Source: a bacterium (GTDB lineage Bacteria > UBA8248). From it: DNA of 64,000 nt. The position numbers and the translations under genes were made by a program. The stretch is from the NCBI GenBank assembly GCA_965213685.1, contig CBDBZY010000003.1:160001-224000 (forward strand), written 5' to 3'. The notes beneath the pieces were generated by a model. The model saw only the letters and a program-made list of their open reading frames with translations, had not been told where the DNA came from and made no database searches. Shown here in pieces: positions 18,703 to 29,678 of the stretch. Every line of letters starts with the position of its first letter. Within the stretch, counting starts at the first letter, position 1.

Positions 18703-18797
18703 AATCCCCTGGAATCAGAGCGGAGGCGCGCGGTGCGCGTCCGCCGCCGCGCATGCGTGGGATTCTGGTGAACACGGCCATGAAGGAGAGATGAGAG

Positions 18798-19091
18798 ATG
18801 CGCAGGACCCTCGGTGTGGGATGGGCGCTTCTCGGCGCGCTCCTCGTTTTGGGCGGGTGCGGCGATATGGTGCCGCGAGGCGTGGAGGTGATCACGGAGC
18901 CGCCGGGCGCCACGGTCAGGCTCGGGGAGGAGAGGATAGGCGAATCGCCCGTCCTCATCCCATGGAAGAAGATCAAGGATCATTACGCGGATACGTTCAC
19001 GGTGGAGATACGCAAGGAAGGATACCATTCCGAGCATCTGGTGGCCGCGCAGTATGGGGGAACCATACGGGTGGCGCTCCGCAAGAAGTAG
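18798..19091 (+). CDS. Small PEGA-domain lipoprotein
   Basis: Lipobox LGGC; ITEPPGATV...GESP...VEIRKEGY PEGA pattern. Confidence 0.75.
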   Translation: MRRTLGVGWALLGALLVLGGCGDMVPRGVEVITEPPGATVRLGEERIGESPVLIPWKKIKDHYADTFTVEIRKEGYHSEHLVAAQYGGTIRVALRKK

Positions 19092-19130
19092 CGCAGGTTC
19101 TCCCTTTTATCTCGCAGGAAAAGAGCAGAG

Positions 19131-19799
19131 GTGGTTGTGCGCACACATGGCATGGGCCTGCTTGCCGAGTTGTTTGAATTTGAAGAGGGCGCGGAAGACG
19201 ATGCGCGGGAATGGCTCGATGCGGTGCGCCTCTCGCGGATGCTCGACGTCGCGGGGACGACTGGAGGGGCGGGCTATGAGGCGCTCGAGGGCGCGCCCCG
19301 CTTCCTGAATCTCGTGGAGGCGCGGAGCGTGCACGTGTTCTACGGCGCGGAGTTCTGCGCGCTCATGGAGTCCGCCGACATGCGCTTTTCTCCTCCTCCC
19401 CCGCAGCGCATTCGCCTCGTTTGCGCGCAGGTCTATCCCGGTCTGCCGGCGTTTTCCCGCCACTTCCCGACGGTGGAGGCCGCCGGCCTCGCCCCCCTCG
19501 TGCAGTTCGGAAGAATTCACGTGCCCGAGGAGAGGCTCGCGGATTTCAACGGCTGGTACGCCCAGGATCGCGCGCCCCTTTCCGAGGAGGTCCCGGGGCT
19601 GCGGCGCATTCGCCGCTACAGCCCCGTGGAGGGGGAGAGGCTGATGGTCGTGCTCTACGAGATGGAGGATGCGTCCGTGCGCGAGACGCCGGAGTGGAGG
19701 GAGATGAACGCCTCCGAGTGGACGGGGCGCGTGCGGAGCTACTACCGCCAGGCGCCAGGCTCCCCCGGCGTCTATCGGCGCAGGGGCTACCCCCGCTAG
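19131..19799 (+). CDS. Hypothetical protein with EthD/DUF4286-like dimeric alpha-beta barrel domain
   Basis: DFNGWYAQD..P....VPG....RRY...MVVLYE pattern. Confidence 0.55.
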   Translation: MVVRTHGMGLLAELFEFEEGAEDDAREWLDAVRLSRMLDVAGTTGGAGYEALEGAPRFLNLVEARSVHVFYGAEFCALMESADMRFSPPPPQRIRLVCAQVYPGLPAFSRHFPTVEAAGLAPLVQFGRIHVPEERLADFNGWYAQDRAPLSEEVPGLRRIRRYSPVEGERLMVVLYEMEDASVRETPEWREMNASEWTGRVRSYYRQAPGSPGVYRRRGYPR

Positions 19800-20000
19800 A
19801 CGCAACCGGAGGCCTCTCCCCTCCACGCATCGCACCGCCCCGGAGCGCCCTTTCCCTCTTTCTTTTCCATCCCTCGCCCAGCCAAACCGCCCTGTCCATG
19901 CCCCTGTTCTGGACGCTCTCCCCGGGCGTGCGGGGGCCGCCCCTCGGAATCCAGGCGACAGGAAACGCCGCGCGGCTTGCCGCCCTCCACTCCGCCTCCC

Positions 20001-20783
20001 CTAGCGGGGGAAGCGGCTGAAATCGGGCGGCCTTTTCTCCTTGAATGCGTTCATGCCCTCGACGGACTGCTCGTTGTTCCACACGGCGTTCAGGAGTTCG
20101 CTGCCGTGCATCCAGGAGGGATAGTGGAGGTCGCCCAGGAAGTTGATGTTTGTTTTCATGTACCGCAGCGTGGCCGGTGCGTGCGAGTTGATTTTGGCGC
20201 ACCACTCCTCCGTCGCTTTTTCGAGTTCCCCGTCCGGCACGACTTCGTTGATCAGGCCGACTTCCTTGGCTTCTTGCGCGGAGTAGCGCTTGGCCAGGAA
20301 CAGCATCTCGCGCGCCCTGCGGTCGCCCATGAGCAGGGGCAGGTATTGCGTGGCGCCCACCACCGGCAGCGCGCCCACGCGGGCGCCCGACTGCCCGAAC
20401 TGCGCGTTTTCACTCGCGATGCACAGGTCGCAATACAGCTGCCATTCGTTGCCTCCGCCGATGCACCAGCCGCGCACCATGGCGATGGTGGGCTTGCCGG
20501 AGTTTCGGAGCGTCATGCACAGGCGGCGCATCTTGTTGTTCCAGATGTGGCCCGTCTGGTAGTTCAGCCCCAGCATCATGTCCATGTCGCCGCCCGAGGA
20601 GAAGTTCCCGTTCAGGCCATACAGGACGCCCACGCCGATGTCGGGGTCCTCGTCGAGCCGCGTGAAGGCCTCGATGACCTCGTTGATCATCTGAAAATTC
20701 ATGGCGTTCAGCGTTTTGGGGCGGTTGAGTCCCACCCAGAGGGTTCTGTCCTTCACTTCTACGACGGTGACTCTCTCCGACAT
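20001..20783 (-). CDS. Crotonase-family enzyme (MenB/BadI-like)
   Basis: NRPKTLNA, FSSGGD, IGGGNE, FGQSGARVG, EGMNAFKEKRPPDF. Confidence 0.88.
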   Translation of the reverse strand: MSERVTVVEVKDRTLWVGLNRPKTLNAMNFQMINEVIEAFTRLDEDPDIGVGVLYGLNGNFSSGGDMDMMLGLNYQTGHIWNNKMRRLCMTLRNSGKPTIAMVRGWCIGGGNEWQLYCDLCIASENAQFGQSGARVGALPVVGATQYLPLLMGDRRAREMLFLAKRYSAQEAKEVGLINEVVPDGELEKATEEWCAKINSHAPATLRYMKTNINFLGDLHYPSWMHGSELLNAVWNNEQSVEGMNAFKEKRPPDFSRFPR

Positions 20784-20911
20784 GTTCCGAATCTCCTTCT
20801 TGCCCGCTGGCGCGTGCCGTTATGATGGAATGGGAGCGGTGGAGCGCATTGTTTTCCCCCGTGTCTGCATTCTCGCACGGGATGCGCGGATTTGCCAGAC
20901 GGATTCGGGAT

Positions 20912-21752
20912 TCATCGCATCCATGCGAGCGCCCCCTTGTAGAGGAGCTGCAGGGAGACGAGCGTGAGCAGCACCGCCAGAATGCGCGTGAGCGTGGTGG
21001 ATTTCACCTGGTTCGAGATGGCGGCTCCGAGTTGTGCGCCCGCGATGGTTCCGACCGCCAGGGGGAGAATCACGTTCGTCAACGCATGGAGGTTCCCGTG
21101 GAGGAAGTGCACCATCACGGCGAGAGCGGTGGTGAGGAGGAGCTCGCACTGCGACGTGGCGGTGGCGATGTGGGGCGGGATACGCAGGATTCTTATCATC
21201 ACCGGCACGTGGATCGGACCGCCCCCGATGCCCAGAAAGCTCGCCAGAAAGCCCACGATGGAGCTCAGGAAGACGCCGAGCCGAAAGCGGAAGGCATATT
21301 CGTAGACGCGGCCCCGGCTGTCGACGATTCGCCGCCGCGCGAGGGCGCCCAGCCCGCCCGTGCGCTCCCGCTTCTCCTCCTCCAGGGGGGGCGGGGGGTT
21401 GATGATGGAGACGCACAGGCCCAGCAGGGCGAGGCCCAGGAGGATGTCGAACGGCCCGCGCGCGACCCTCGCTCGTGGCGTAGACGCCGATGACCACCCA
21501 GGGCGAGCCGGCGAGGGCGAAACAGGCGCTGGTCTTGAGGTCGATTCGCCCCATCCGGTAATAGGCGAGCGAACCGGAGAGGGCGTTCAGGCAGACCACG
21601 CTGAGCGAGGTGGCGGCGATGATCTCGGACGGCTGATCGGTGAAGATCAGCAGGAGCAGGGGCGTGAGTATGAATCCCCCGCCCGCGCCCACCAGCGTGC
21701 CCAGCAGGCCGATCCCCAGGCCCATCGCCAGAAATGAAATGAAAAAAAGCAT
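20912..21752 (-). CDS. TauE/SafE (TSUP) family exporter, one +1 frameshift near 21467
   Basis: GTLVGAGGG and FLGIGGG repeats; removing one G from GGG (21466-21468) joins the two ORFs. Confidence 0.85.
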
Positions 21753-22057
21753 GGAGGGAATCCTTATCGCCCGGCGGAGGCGCGCGACGCCATGGAGGGG
21801 CGCTTTTCTTCACACGTCGGCATGTTTGTTTGCTGGCGCACGCGCCCAATTCTAGTATAGACGGAAGGGGAAGGAAAGAGGTTTGGGGGTTGGCGGGAAT
21901 GATGACGCGCGGAGCGTTGCGCGGGCCCCGCCCTGGCCGGGGAGTGCGTGGAGCCGTCCCCCGGCGGGGGAGGCTGCCCTCCCGATGCGTGGTTTCGCAA
22001 AATCGCCCGGAGGGGGTAAGATGCGCTTCCGGTTGTCCTCTTGATGGGGAGAGAGAA

Positions 22058-23138
22058 ATGATCGTTCCACTCGACACGCCGGTGGTTGCCCGGGCGCGGA
22101 ATTTCCGGAACGTGCTGGATCGCGGGGAGGCGGCCGCCTACCGGGCGTTGCAGGAGACGAAGCAGGAGTATCGGCAGGCGCAGCCGCCGCCCCTTCGCCC
22201 GCCGCGCCTGAGAAGGGACGGCAAGAGCCTCGTGGCGATGGTTCGGGGGGAGACGCGCGATGAGGCCATACGCCTGGGGGTGGAGAAACTCGGCGGGATC
22301 CGGCGCATCATCGATTCTCCCGCGCCTGCGCTCCTCAAGCCCAACTTCAACTCCGCCGACCCCTTTCCGGCCTCGACGCATCCGGAGACGCTCGAAACCA
22401 TCGTCGCGCTCCTGCGGGAGGCGGGTTGCGACGGATTTGGCGGTGGGCGAGATGGGCGGCCTCCTCTCCCTGCCCGCGCGCGATAATTTCGAGCGCTGGG
22501 GGATGGGCGATTTTCAGAAGAAGACGGGCGTGGCCGTTTTGCGCTTCGATGAGGAGCCCTGGGTCAAGGCCCGCGTTCCGGAGGCGATTCGCTGGGGCGG
22601 GTGGGTGCACTGCGTGGAGCGCCTGCTGCGGCCTGGCCAGCACGTCGTCAACCTGCCCACGATGAAGAGCCACGGCGGCGGGCCGCGCTTCAGCCTGTCG
22701 CTCAAGAACGTGTACGGATTCGTGCATCCCAGGGACCGCGTTCGCGCCCATTTCGTCTCCCAGATGGCCGAGATGATCATGGAGACGAACCTGTTGTATT
22801 CCCCCTCCCTGATCGTGCTGGATGGCCGAAAATGCTGGATATCGGGCGGGCCCTACACGGGGGAGGAGCGCGCGCCTGACGTGATGATCCTCGGCGACGA
22901 TCGCATCGCCGTCGACGTCGTGGGCGCCTCCGTGGTGCGGGCGATGGGCGCCCCGCTCCTGCGCGATTATCCCGTCTGGTCGCATCGGCAGATCAGGCGC
23001 GCGGCGGCGCTGGGGCTCGGCGCGCGCGGACCGGAGGAGGTGGAGGTTCTGGCGGAGGACGCGACGGGCGGCTCGGGTTTCGCCGCACTGGCCGAGCGGG
23101 TGCGGGAGTTCGTCCGGGAGCGGGACCCGGGCGGATGA
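22058..23138 (+). CDS. DUF362 domain protein, +1 frameshift near 22427
   Basis: [13 protein letters not shown], then (after the shift) [22 protein letters not shown] and DRIAVD. Confidence 0.82.
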
Positions 23139-23166
23139 GGGAATGCGCGACCCGCGCCGGCCTCCG

Positions 23167-23196
23167 TTGACGGGGGGGTGCGGTTTCCGCTACATT
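23167..23196 (+). promoter_or_regulatory. Putative sigma70 promoter of tRNA-Ala
   Basis: TTGACG-N18-TACATT about 50 nt upstream of the tRNA. Confidence 0.55.
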
Positions 23197-23244
23197 CCTC
23201 CGCACCCTTCGGGGTTTGCCGCAAAAAAAGCTTCCTCGCGCCAA

Positions 23245-23320
23245 GGGGCTGTAGCTCAGCTGGGAGAGCGCATGACTGGCAGTCATGAGGTCAGGGGTTC
23301 GATCCCCCTCAGCTCCACCA
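23245..23320 (+). tRNA. tRNA-Ala(GGC)
   Basis: 76-nt cloverleaf GGGGCTG...CAGCTCC-ACCA, G3-U70 pair, anticodon arm CATGA-CTGGCAG-TCATG, T-loop TTCGATC. Confidence 0.97.
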
Positions 23321-23522
23321 GGTGCCCCTCTTCATGCGCAGTCTTCCGGCTCGCCGCCTCCTGACCACCTGTTACTGCCCGGCGTCTCCGCCGCCGGCGG
23401 GGGGTGCCCGTCCCGGCGTTTTTGCGGGGAAGCCGCGAGAAGTGCTACTAATGGAGAACGCCTGCAAATTGCAGCCCGGCGCTTGATGCGCGCGCCTTTT
23501 CCGGAGGTGGGGACTTGACGCC

Positions 23523-24491
23523 ATGAACGACGCGGAAAACTTTCATTTTGGCTACCTGCTGCCCACGCGCGGCGTCGTCGTGCAGGCCGCAGGCGGGGCG
23601 CCGGACGCCCAGCCCATCTTCTCCCTCGCCAGGGAGGCGGAGAATCTGGGACTCGATTCGGTGTGGCTCGGCGACAGCGTGCTGGCCAAGCCCCGCATGG
23701 AGAGCTTCACGACCTGGGCGGCGGTTCTCGCGTTGACCGAGCGCGTTCAGGTGGGCACGGCGGTCATGCTCGCGGCGCTGCGGCATCCGGTGATGCTCGC
23801 GCAATCGGTGAGCACGCTCGACTGCATGTTCCCCGGGCGCGTCCTCCCCGGGCTGGGCGTCGGGCGCACGGACCTCCGGTTCGAGTTCGAAACGCTGAGG
23901 GTGCCGCTCCGAGAGCGCGCGCGCCGCTTCTCCGAGACAGTGGAGATACTCCGGCTGCTCCTGCGGGAGCCCCGGGCGAGCTATGGGGGGAAACATTTCG
24001 CTTTCGAGGGCGTGGCGCTCGAGCCGAGGCCGCGAACCCCCGGCGGCCCCCCGATTTGGCTGTCGAGCAACCTGGTGGACTCCGGGCTCAGGCGCGTGGC
24101 GCGCCTCGCCGACGGCTGGATAACAAACTCCATCACGCCGAGCCTCTACCGGCAGTGCTGGGAGAAAATATGCGCCTATGCGGAGGAGGCCGGCAGGGGC
24201 GAGGCGATAGGGAAAATCCCCCAGTGCCTCTACGTCACGATGAACGTGAACCCGGACGGGCGGAAGGCCGAAGCGCAGTGCGGGGAGTTCCTCTCCAGAT
24301 ACTACCACAAGACGTTCGAGGAGGTGCGGAAGCAGCTCCTCGTCATCGCGGGAGATGGGGATCGGGTGGAGGCGGCGCTCCGCGAGTATGCGCGCGAGGG
24401 AACGCGCGCCTTCGTCGTTCGCTTCGCGGGCGGCAGCCAGGAGGAGCAGCTGGAGAATTTCGTCTCCGAGATTTTGCCGAGGTTCAGGTAG
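23523..24491 (+). CDS. LLM-class flavin/F420-dependent oxidoreductase
   Basis: AENLGLDSVWLGD, GTAV, RHPVMLA, PPIW, RVARLADGW. Confidence 0.9.
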   Translation: MNDAENFHFGYLLPTRGVVVQAAGGAPDAQPIFSLAREAENLGLDSVWLGDSVLAKPRMESFTTWAAVLALTERVQVGTAVMLAALRHPVMLAQSVSTLDCMFPGRVLPGLGVGRTDLRFEFETLRVPLRERARRFSETVEILRLLLREPRASYGGKHFAFEGVALEPRPRTPGGPPIWLSSNLVDSGLRRVARLADGWITNSITPSLYRQCWEKICAYAEEAGRGEAIGKIPQCLYVTMNVNPDGRKAEAQCGEFLSRYYHKTFEEVRKQLLVIAGDGDRVEAALREYAREGTRAFVVRFAGGSQEEQLENFVSEILPRFR

Positions 24492-24493
24492 GG

Positions 24494-25678
24494 ATGGTTC
24501 TCGAAAACGGAACGGGCGCCTCGAAAGAGGAGACCCGACAGAGGATTTCGGCCGCGCGCGGGCTCATGCGGGATCGGGGGCTGGACGTTCTTCTCGTCAT
24601 CGGCCGCTCCTTTTATGACCGCATGGGGAGTCTGGCCTACCTCACCAACCATTTTCCGCCGTTTCCTCCCGGGGCGTTCAGCGACGCCGTTCGCGGCATG
24701 GGGCACGGGGTGCTCGTCCTGCCGCTCGAGGAGGAGCCGCTGCTCTTCGTGGATCACCGGAACTATCGCCGCGAGATGGTGCACGTCGAGAACGTGCGGG
24801 TGGAGGCCAACATTTCCGCGGCGCTCGTCGCCTGCATCGAGCGCCTGGGCGCCGCGCGCGCGCGGTTGGGGGTCGCCGGGGAGGACATCATGCCGGCGAC
24901 GATGTATATCGACCTCGCCTCGGCGCTGCCCGCCGCGCGATTCTCGAACGCGAACGCCCTGGTGGAGCGGCTGCGCGCCAGCAAGAGCGAGACCGAGGTC
25001 GCCTACCTGAGGCGCGCGGCGCAAATCGTCGAGGCGGGCTACGCCGCCATTTTCGAGGCGGTGCGCCCCGGGGTGAGCGAGAGCGACCTGTGCGCCGAGG
25101 GCCATGCGGCGGGGATGCGCGCGGGTGCGGATTTCGTGCGCTACGTCCGCGTTCACAGCGGTCCGTGGGCGAGCTGGGGTTCGCGCTGGCCCCAGGCGAC
25201 CCGGAGGAGGCTGGAGGCGGGCGACCTGATTCGCTTCGACTATGTGGGCGCGGTGGAAGGCTACGGGTTTGACGTCAACCGCACCGCCGTGGTCCCCGGC
25301 AAGGGGCTGGAGCGGGGCGTGGAGGAGATGCTGGAGCTGACCATCGCCACCTCGGAGGCGGCGATGGGCGCCGTTCGCGCGGGCGCGACGGCGGCGGGGG
25401 TGCATGCCGCCGCCAGCCGGTTCCTCGACGATAACGCGGACGGAGCGGGGCAGTATCTCTTTCCCATGGCGGGCCATGGCATCGGACTCGAAACCGTGGA
25501 GGCGCCCATCATCCGGCCGGACAACGAGACGATCCTGGAGCGGAACATGGTGCTCTGCGTCGAGCCCCAGTTCGTGCTGCCCGAGGTGGGCGGCACCAAC
25601 ATCGAGCAGATGGTGCTCGTGACCGCCGATGGGCATGAGCTTCTCACGAAGACCACCACGCGCCCCTGGGCGGCGTGA
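24494..25678 (+). CDS. M24 family (aminopeptidase P/creatinase-like) hydrolase
   Basis: Creatinase N-domain, LRASKSETE, D...GY..DVNRT, GHGIGL, LCVEP, IEQMVLVT. Confidence 0.88.
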   Translation: MVLENGTGASKEETRQRISAARGLMRDRGLDVLLVIGRSFYDRMGSLAYLTNHFPPFPPGAFSDAVRGMGHGVLVLPLEEEPLLFVDHRNYRREMVHVENVRVEANISAALVACIERLGAARARLGVAGEDIMPATMYIDLASALPAARFSNANALVERLRASKSETEVAYLRRAAQIVEAGYAAIFEAVRPGVSESDLCAEGHAAGMRAGADFVRYVRVHSGPWASWGSRWPQATRRRLEAGDLIRFDYVGAVEGYGFDVNRTAVVPGKGLERGVEEMLELTIATSEAAMGAVRAGATAAGVHAAASRFLDDNADGAGQYLFPMAGHGIGLETVEAPIIRPDNETILERNMVLCVEPQFVLPEVGGTNIEQMVLVTADGHELLTKTTTRPWAA

Positions 25679-25882
25679 CGCCCCTCATGCGCCGGCGATG
25701 CGCGCGCGCGACCGCTGCAGGCGGCGGTTGCCGGACGCCCGGGCGACGCCTTGCGGTTTCAGCGCCTGGGGGAGGGGGGAAATGGTGTCGGCGGATGGAG
25801 CGGATTCCTGGAGATTTCCTGACGTTTTGACATGTCCCCGGTCGCTTTCGGAAAAACGCCTCATCCTGGGGATGGAGTTTCT

Positions 25883-27745
25883 ATGAAGCGGTTTCTGAAC
25901 CCGGTCGCCATCCTGGCCATCGTCTGGGCGGTCATCCAGCTCTACTGGGCCTTCTTCGGCATGCTGCACGTCTTTACCTCCAGACCCCTTCATCTGAGCT
26001 TCGCCCTGGGGATCATCTTTCTCACCAAACCGTTCCGCAAGGCGGGCCGCGTCGGCGTGGTCGACTACCTCCTGACCGTCGTCGTCATGGGCGTCGCGCT
26101 GCTGTATCTGTGGGAGTGGAACTTCCTGAACGAGCGCATCCGCGATTTGGACCCCGTTCCCGCGCGCTACGTCTATCTGGGCCTCGCCTATATCCTCCTG
26201 ACCGTGGAGGCCTCCAGGCGGTATCTCGGCTGGGGGGTGACCTCGGTGGCCGTCGTCGCGCTCGCCTACAACTTTCTGGGCCACCTGATCCCGGGCGCCC
26301 TGGGGCACCGCTTCATAGAGCTTCCCACCTTCATTGAATTTCAAATCCTGAGCGTGGAGGGGCTGTTGGGCGTTCCCCTCGGCGTGAGCACCGAGGTGGT
26401 GTTCTACTTCGTCCTGTTCTCGGCGGCACTCGAGGTTTCCGGCGGCGGGCGCATGTTCATCGATCTGGCCATCCGCCTGACGGGCTCCTTCCGGGGCGGT
26501 CCCGCCAAGGCGGCGATCGTGAGCAGCAGCCTGATGGGCACCATCAGCGGGAGTGCCACGGCGAACGTCGTGGGGACCGGCATCTTCACCATCCCGCTGA
26601 TGAAGCGCCTCGGCTTCGCCCCCCACTACGCGGGCGCGGTGGAGGCGGTGGCCTCCACGGGCGGGCAGCTCATGCCGCCCATCATGGGCGCCGGGGCCTT
26701 CATCCTCGCCGACATGACGGGCACCCCCTATCTGCGGGTGGCGGGCGCGGCGGCCATTCCGGCGGTCATCTACTACGTCTCCCTGTTCTTCATGGTGGAC
26801 CTCGAGGCGAAGAAGCTGCGCCTGCAGGGACTCCGCAAGGAAGAGATGCCGCAGCTCAAGGGCATTCTCCTGGATCGCGGCCTTCTGCTTTTGCCGATCA
26901 TCCTGGTGGTGGGGTATATGGTCGCCGGCTATACGCTGATGTGGTCTGCCACCTCGGCGGCCATCGGCGTCGTGGTGCTGAGCTGGGCGCGCAAGACGAC
27001 GCGCATGGGGCTGGAGAAGATACTGGAGGCACTGGAGAAGGCGGGACGCATGACGGTCGCCGTCGCCGTTCCCTGCGCGGTCGCCGGCATCGTGGTCGGC
27101 GTGGTGGACGACACGGGCATCGGACTGAAGTTCTCCGGCCTCATCGTCAACATCTCGGGCGGGATGATCCTGCCCGCGCTGGCCTTGACGCTCATCGGCT
27201 GTATCATCATGGGCATGGGCATGCCCACGGCCGCCGCCTACATCATGGCGGGCACCCTTCTGGGCCCCGCCCTCGCCAAGCTGGGGCTTCCCGTTCTGGC
27301 GGCGCACATGTTCATCTACTATTTCGCGATTCTCTCGATGCTGACGCCGCCCGTGGCGCTGTCGGCCTACGTCGCCTCCGGCGTCGCCGAATCGGATTTG
27401 AGCGCCACGGGCTGGAAGGCGTTTCAGTTGTCCCTGGCGGGCTTCCTTGTTCCTTTCGCGTTCATATATAATCCGTCCATGCTCTTTATCGGGACGGTCG
27501 GCGAGGCGCTTTGGGTGTCGCTCACCTGCGTCATCGGCGTGGCGGCTTTGGCGGCGGCGCTTACCGGGCACATATCGCTTCCCCTGTCGGTCTGGGAGCG
27601 CGGGGTTTTCTTTTTCTGCTCATTGGGGCTGATCGTTCCGGAGAAGTGGACGGACGCGGCCGGTTCCGCTTTGCTGCTTGTCGTTTTCTGGCGCCACCTT
27701 TTGCGCGCGAGAAGGGGCGGGGTCGCCGCGGATTCGGCGCCCTAG
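25883..27745 (+). CDS. TRAP transporter fused permease (TAXI-associated)
   Basis: GGPAK, SGSATANVVGTG, ASTGGQLMPPIMG, MGMGMPT, TPPVAL. Confidence 0.93.
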   Translation: MKRFLNPVAILAIVWAVIQLYWAFFGMLHVFTSRPLHLSFALGIIFLTKPFRKAGRVGVVDYLLTVVVMGVALLYLWEWNFLNERIRDLDPVPARYVYLGLAYILLTVEASRRYLGWGVTSVAVVALAYNFLGHLIPGALGHRFIELPTFIEFQILSVEGLLGVPLGVSTEVVFYFVLFSAALEVSGGGRMFIDLAIRLTGSFRGGPAKAAIVSSSLMGTISGSATANVVGTGIFTIPLMKRLGFAPHYAGAVEAVASTGGQLMPPIMGAGAFILADMTGTPYLRVAGAAAIPAVIYYVSLFFMVDLEAKKLRLQGLRKEEMPQLKGILLDRGLLLLPIILVVGYMVAGYTLMWSATSAAIGVVVLSWARKTTRMGLEKILEALEKAGRMTVAVAVPCAVAGIVVGVVDDTGIGLKFSGLIVNISGGMILPALALTLIGCIIMGMGMPTAAAYIMAGTLLGPALAKLGLPVLAAHMFIYYFAILSMLTPPVALSAYVASGVAESDLSATGWKAFQLSLAGFLVPFAFIYNPSMLFIGTVGEALWVSLTCVIGVAALAAALTGHISLPLSVWERGVFFFCSLGLIVPEKWTDAAGSALLLVVFWRHLLRARRGGVAADSAP

Positions 27746-27806
27746 CGAGAAACACGTTCGGGCTGGAGATACATTCTTGTTTTTTCCAACAGAGGAGTTT
27801 GCGGAC

Positions 27807-28784
27807 ATGAAACGCACATCGTGGAAAGCGGGTTTCGTTCTGGCGATGGCCATCGGGGTTTTCCTCGCCGTTCAGGTCGAGGCGGCCAGCCGCCTCACCA
27901 TGGGGAGCTGGCGGAAGGGCAGTGGCTGGCACGTGTATTCGGCCACCATGGCGAACATCGTGAACAACGCGAAAGTCGGCGTCCAGATCGACGCCCTCTC
28001 GAAGGGCGGCGGCGTGGGCAACCCCGTGAACGTCGGAACCGACAAATTCAACACGGCGCTCACCTTCAGCGTGGCGGCGGCCTGGGCCTATCAGGGGAAG
28101 GTGGCGTACAAGAAGCCATACAAGAACCTGCGCGGGCTGATCGGCGGGCTGGATCAATACTACCTGGGCATCGTCACCACGAACCCCAAGGTGAACGCCA
28201 TCAACGACCTCAAGAAGGTGCCCGTGAACTATGTGACGGTCCCGCGCGGCGGGCTGGGCCAGTGGGCCACGCGCGCCATGCTCGGCGCCCACGGCATCAC
28301 CTACGAGCAGATCAAGAAGATGGGCGGTTCGGTCACGCACACCGGCTTCGGCGCCATCAAGAGCCGGATGAAGGACGGGCAGGCCGACATGCTGAGCCAC
28401 ACCGTGAACGCCGGGCATCCGGCGCTCACCTCGATCGCGGTGCAGAAGAAGCTGAAATTCCTGGACGTCGGCGATGAATACCGGAACAAGCTCCTGGGCA
28501 TCGGCTTCCTGAAGGCCACCATGCCGGCGGACACGTTCCCGGGGCAGGCGAAGCCGAAGAACACCTTTGGCTTCACCACGGCGGTCATCGCGTCCACCGC
28601 CATGGACAACGACACGGCCTACAAGATCGTGAAGGCACTGCTCGACAAGGTGGACGACCTGCGGGCGGGGCACAAGGGCCTCCAGAACTTCGACCCGGCG
28701 AAAACGGGCTGCAAGGAATCGCAGATGGGCGTGCCGCTTCACGGGGGTGCCGCGCGCTACTGCAAGGAGAAGGGCTGGAACTAG
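27807..28784 (+). CDS. TAXI-family TRAP solute-binding protein
   Basis: Signal peptide, KGGGVGN, MPADTFPGQ, PLHGGAARY. Confidence 0.88.
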   Translation: MKRTSWKAGFVLAMAIGVFLAVQVEAASRLTMGSWRKGSGWHVYSATMANIVNNAKVGVQIDALSKGGGVGNPVNVGTDKFNTALTFSVAAAWAYQGKVAYKKPYKNLRGLIGGLDQYYLGIVTTNPKVNAINDLKKVPVNYVTVPRGGLGQWATRAMLGAHGITYEQIKKMGGSVTHTGFGAIKSRMKDGQADMLSHTVNAGHPALTSIAVQKKLKFLDVGDEYRNKLLGIGFLKATMPADTFPGQAKPKNTFGFTTAVIASTAMDNDTAYKIVKALLDKVDDLRAGHKGLQNFDPAKTGCKESQMGVPLHGGAARYCKEKGWN

Positions 28785-28874
28785 CGGAAATCCCGCTCCC
28801 GCCGGCCATCTCTCCCGGTGGCCGGCGGGGGAGGCTTCATCGTCCAAGCCGGCTATTCCGTAGAGGGGGGAGCC

Positions 28875-29666
28875 ATGCCGTACCGTTTCGTCGATCTGAC
28901 GCTCACCGTGGACCCGAAGGACACCTATGTGCAGTTCCCGCGCGACGAAATTTACGACAAGCCCGCACCGGGCACGACCATCACCCCCATCGCGACGCTG
29001 GACGTGGACCACATCTGCAATTTCGGCTTCGCCACCACCACGCAGAGCTACACGCACTACGACGCGCCCTATCATTTTTTTCACGACGGCCTGAAAAACG
29101 ACGAGGTGCCGCTCGACCACCTCTGTGGCGACGCCTGCGTGCTGCGGGTGCCGGGCAAGGGCAACTCCGAGGCGGTGACGGCGGCGGATCTCGAGGCGGC
29201 GGGAGTGGAGGTGCGCCCCGGCGACATCGCCATCGTCAGCACGGAATGGACCGACCGCATGTGGGGGTCGCGCGACTTTTGGGAGCACATGGTCTATTTG
29301 TCGACCGATGCGGCCGATTGGCTCATCGGCAAGGGGATCAAGGCGCTCGTCCAGGACTTCATGACGTGCGACTCGCCGCTCCATCCGCCGGAGGATCGGA
29401 AATGGCCCGCCCCGGACTGGAGCCCCAACCACGTCAAGTTTCTGGAGCGGGGCATATGCCTCATCGAGTGGTGCACCAACATGGGCGCCATCCGCAAGGA
29501 GCGCGTCCTGCTGGTGACGGGCGCGATGAAGCTCAAGGACACCGAGGGCGCGCCCGCCCGCGTCATCGCGGTGGAGTTCTGGGATGAAGAACCGCCCCGC
29601 GAGGGCGCCCCGCCCCTGCCTCCCATCGAAAATCCGTATTCGGACCGCGGCTCCTGGGCAAGGTAG
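28875..29666 (+). CDS. Cyclase family (kynurenine formamidase-like) protein
   Basis: VDLT, THYDAPYH, VRPGDI, and GAPARVIA. Confidence 0.85.
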   Translation: MPYRFVDLTLTVDPKDTYVQFPRDEIYDKPAPGTTITPIATLDVDHICNFGFATTTQSYTHYDAPYHFFHDGLKNDEVPLDHLCGDACVLRVPGKGNSEAVTAADLEAAGVEVRPGDIAIVSTEWTDRMWGSRDFWEHMVYLSTDAADWLIGKGIKALVQDFMTCDSPLHPPEDRKWPAPDWSPNHVKFLERGICLIEWCTNMGAIRKERVLLVTGAMKLKDTEGAPARVIAVEFWDEEPPREGAPPLPPIENPYSDRGSWAR

Positions 29667-29678
29667 GGGAATCGCGAC

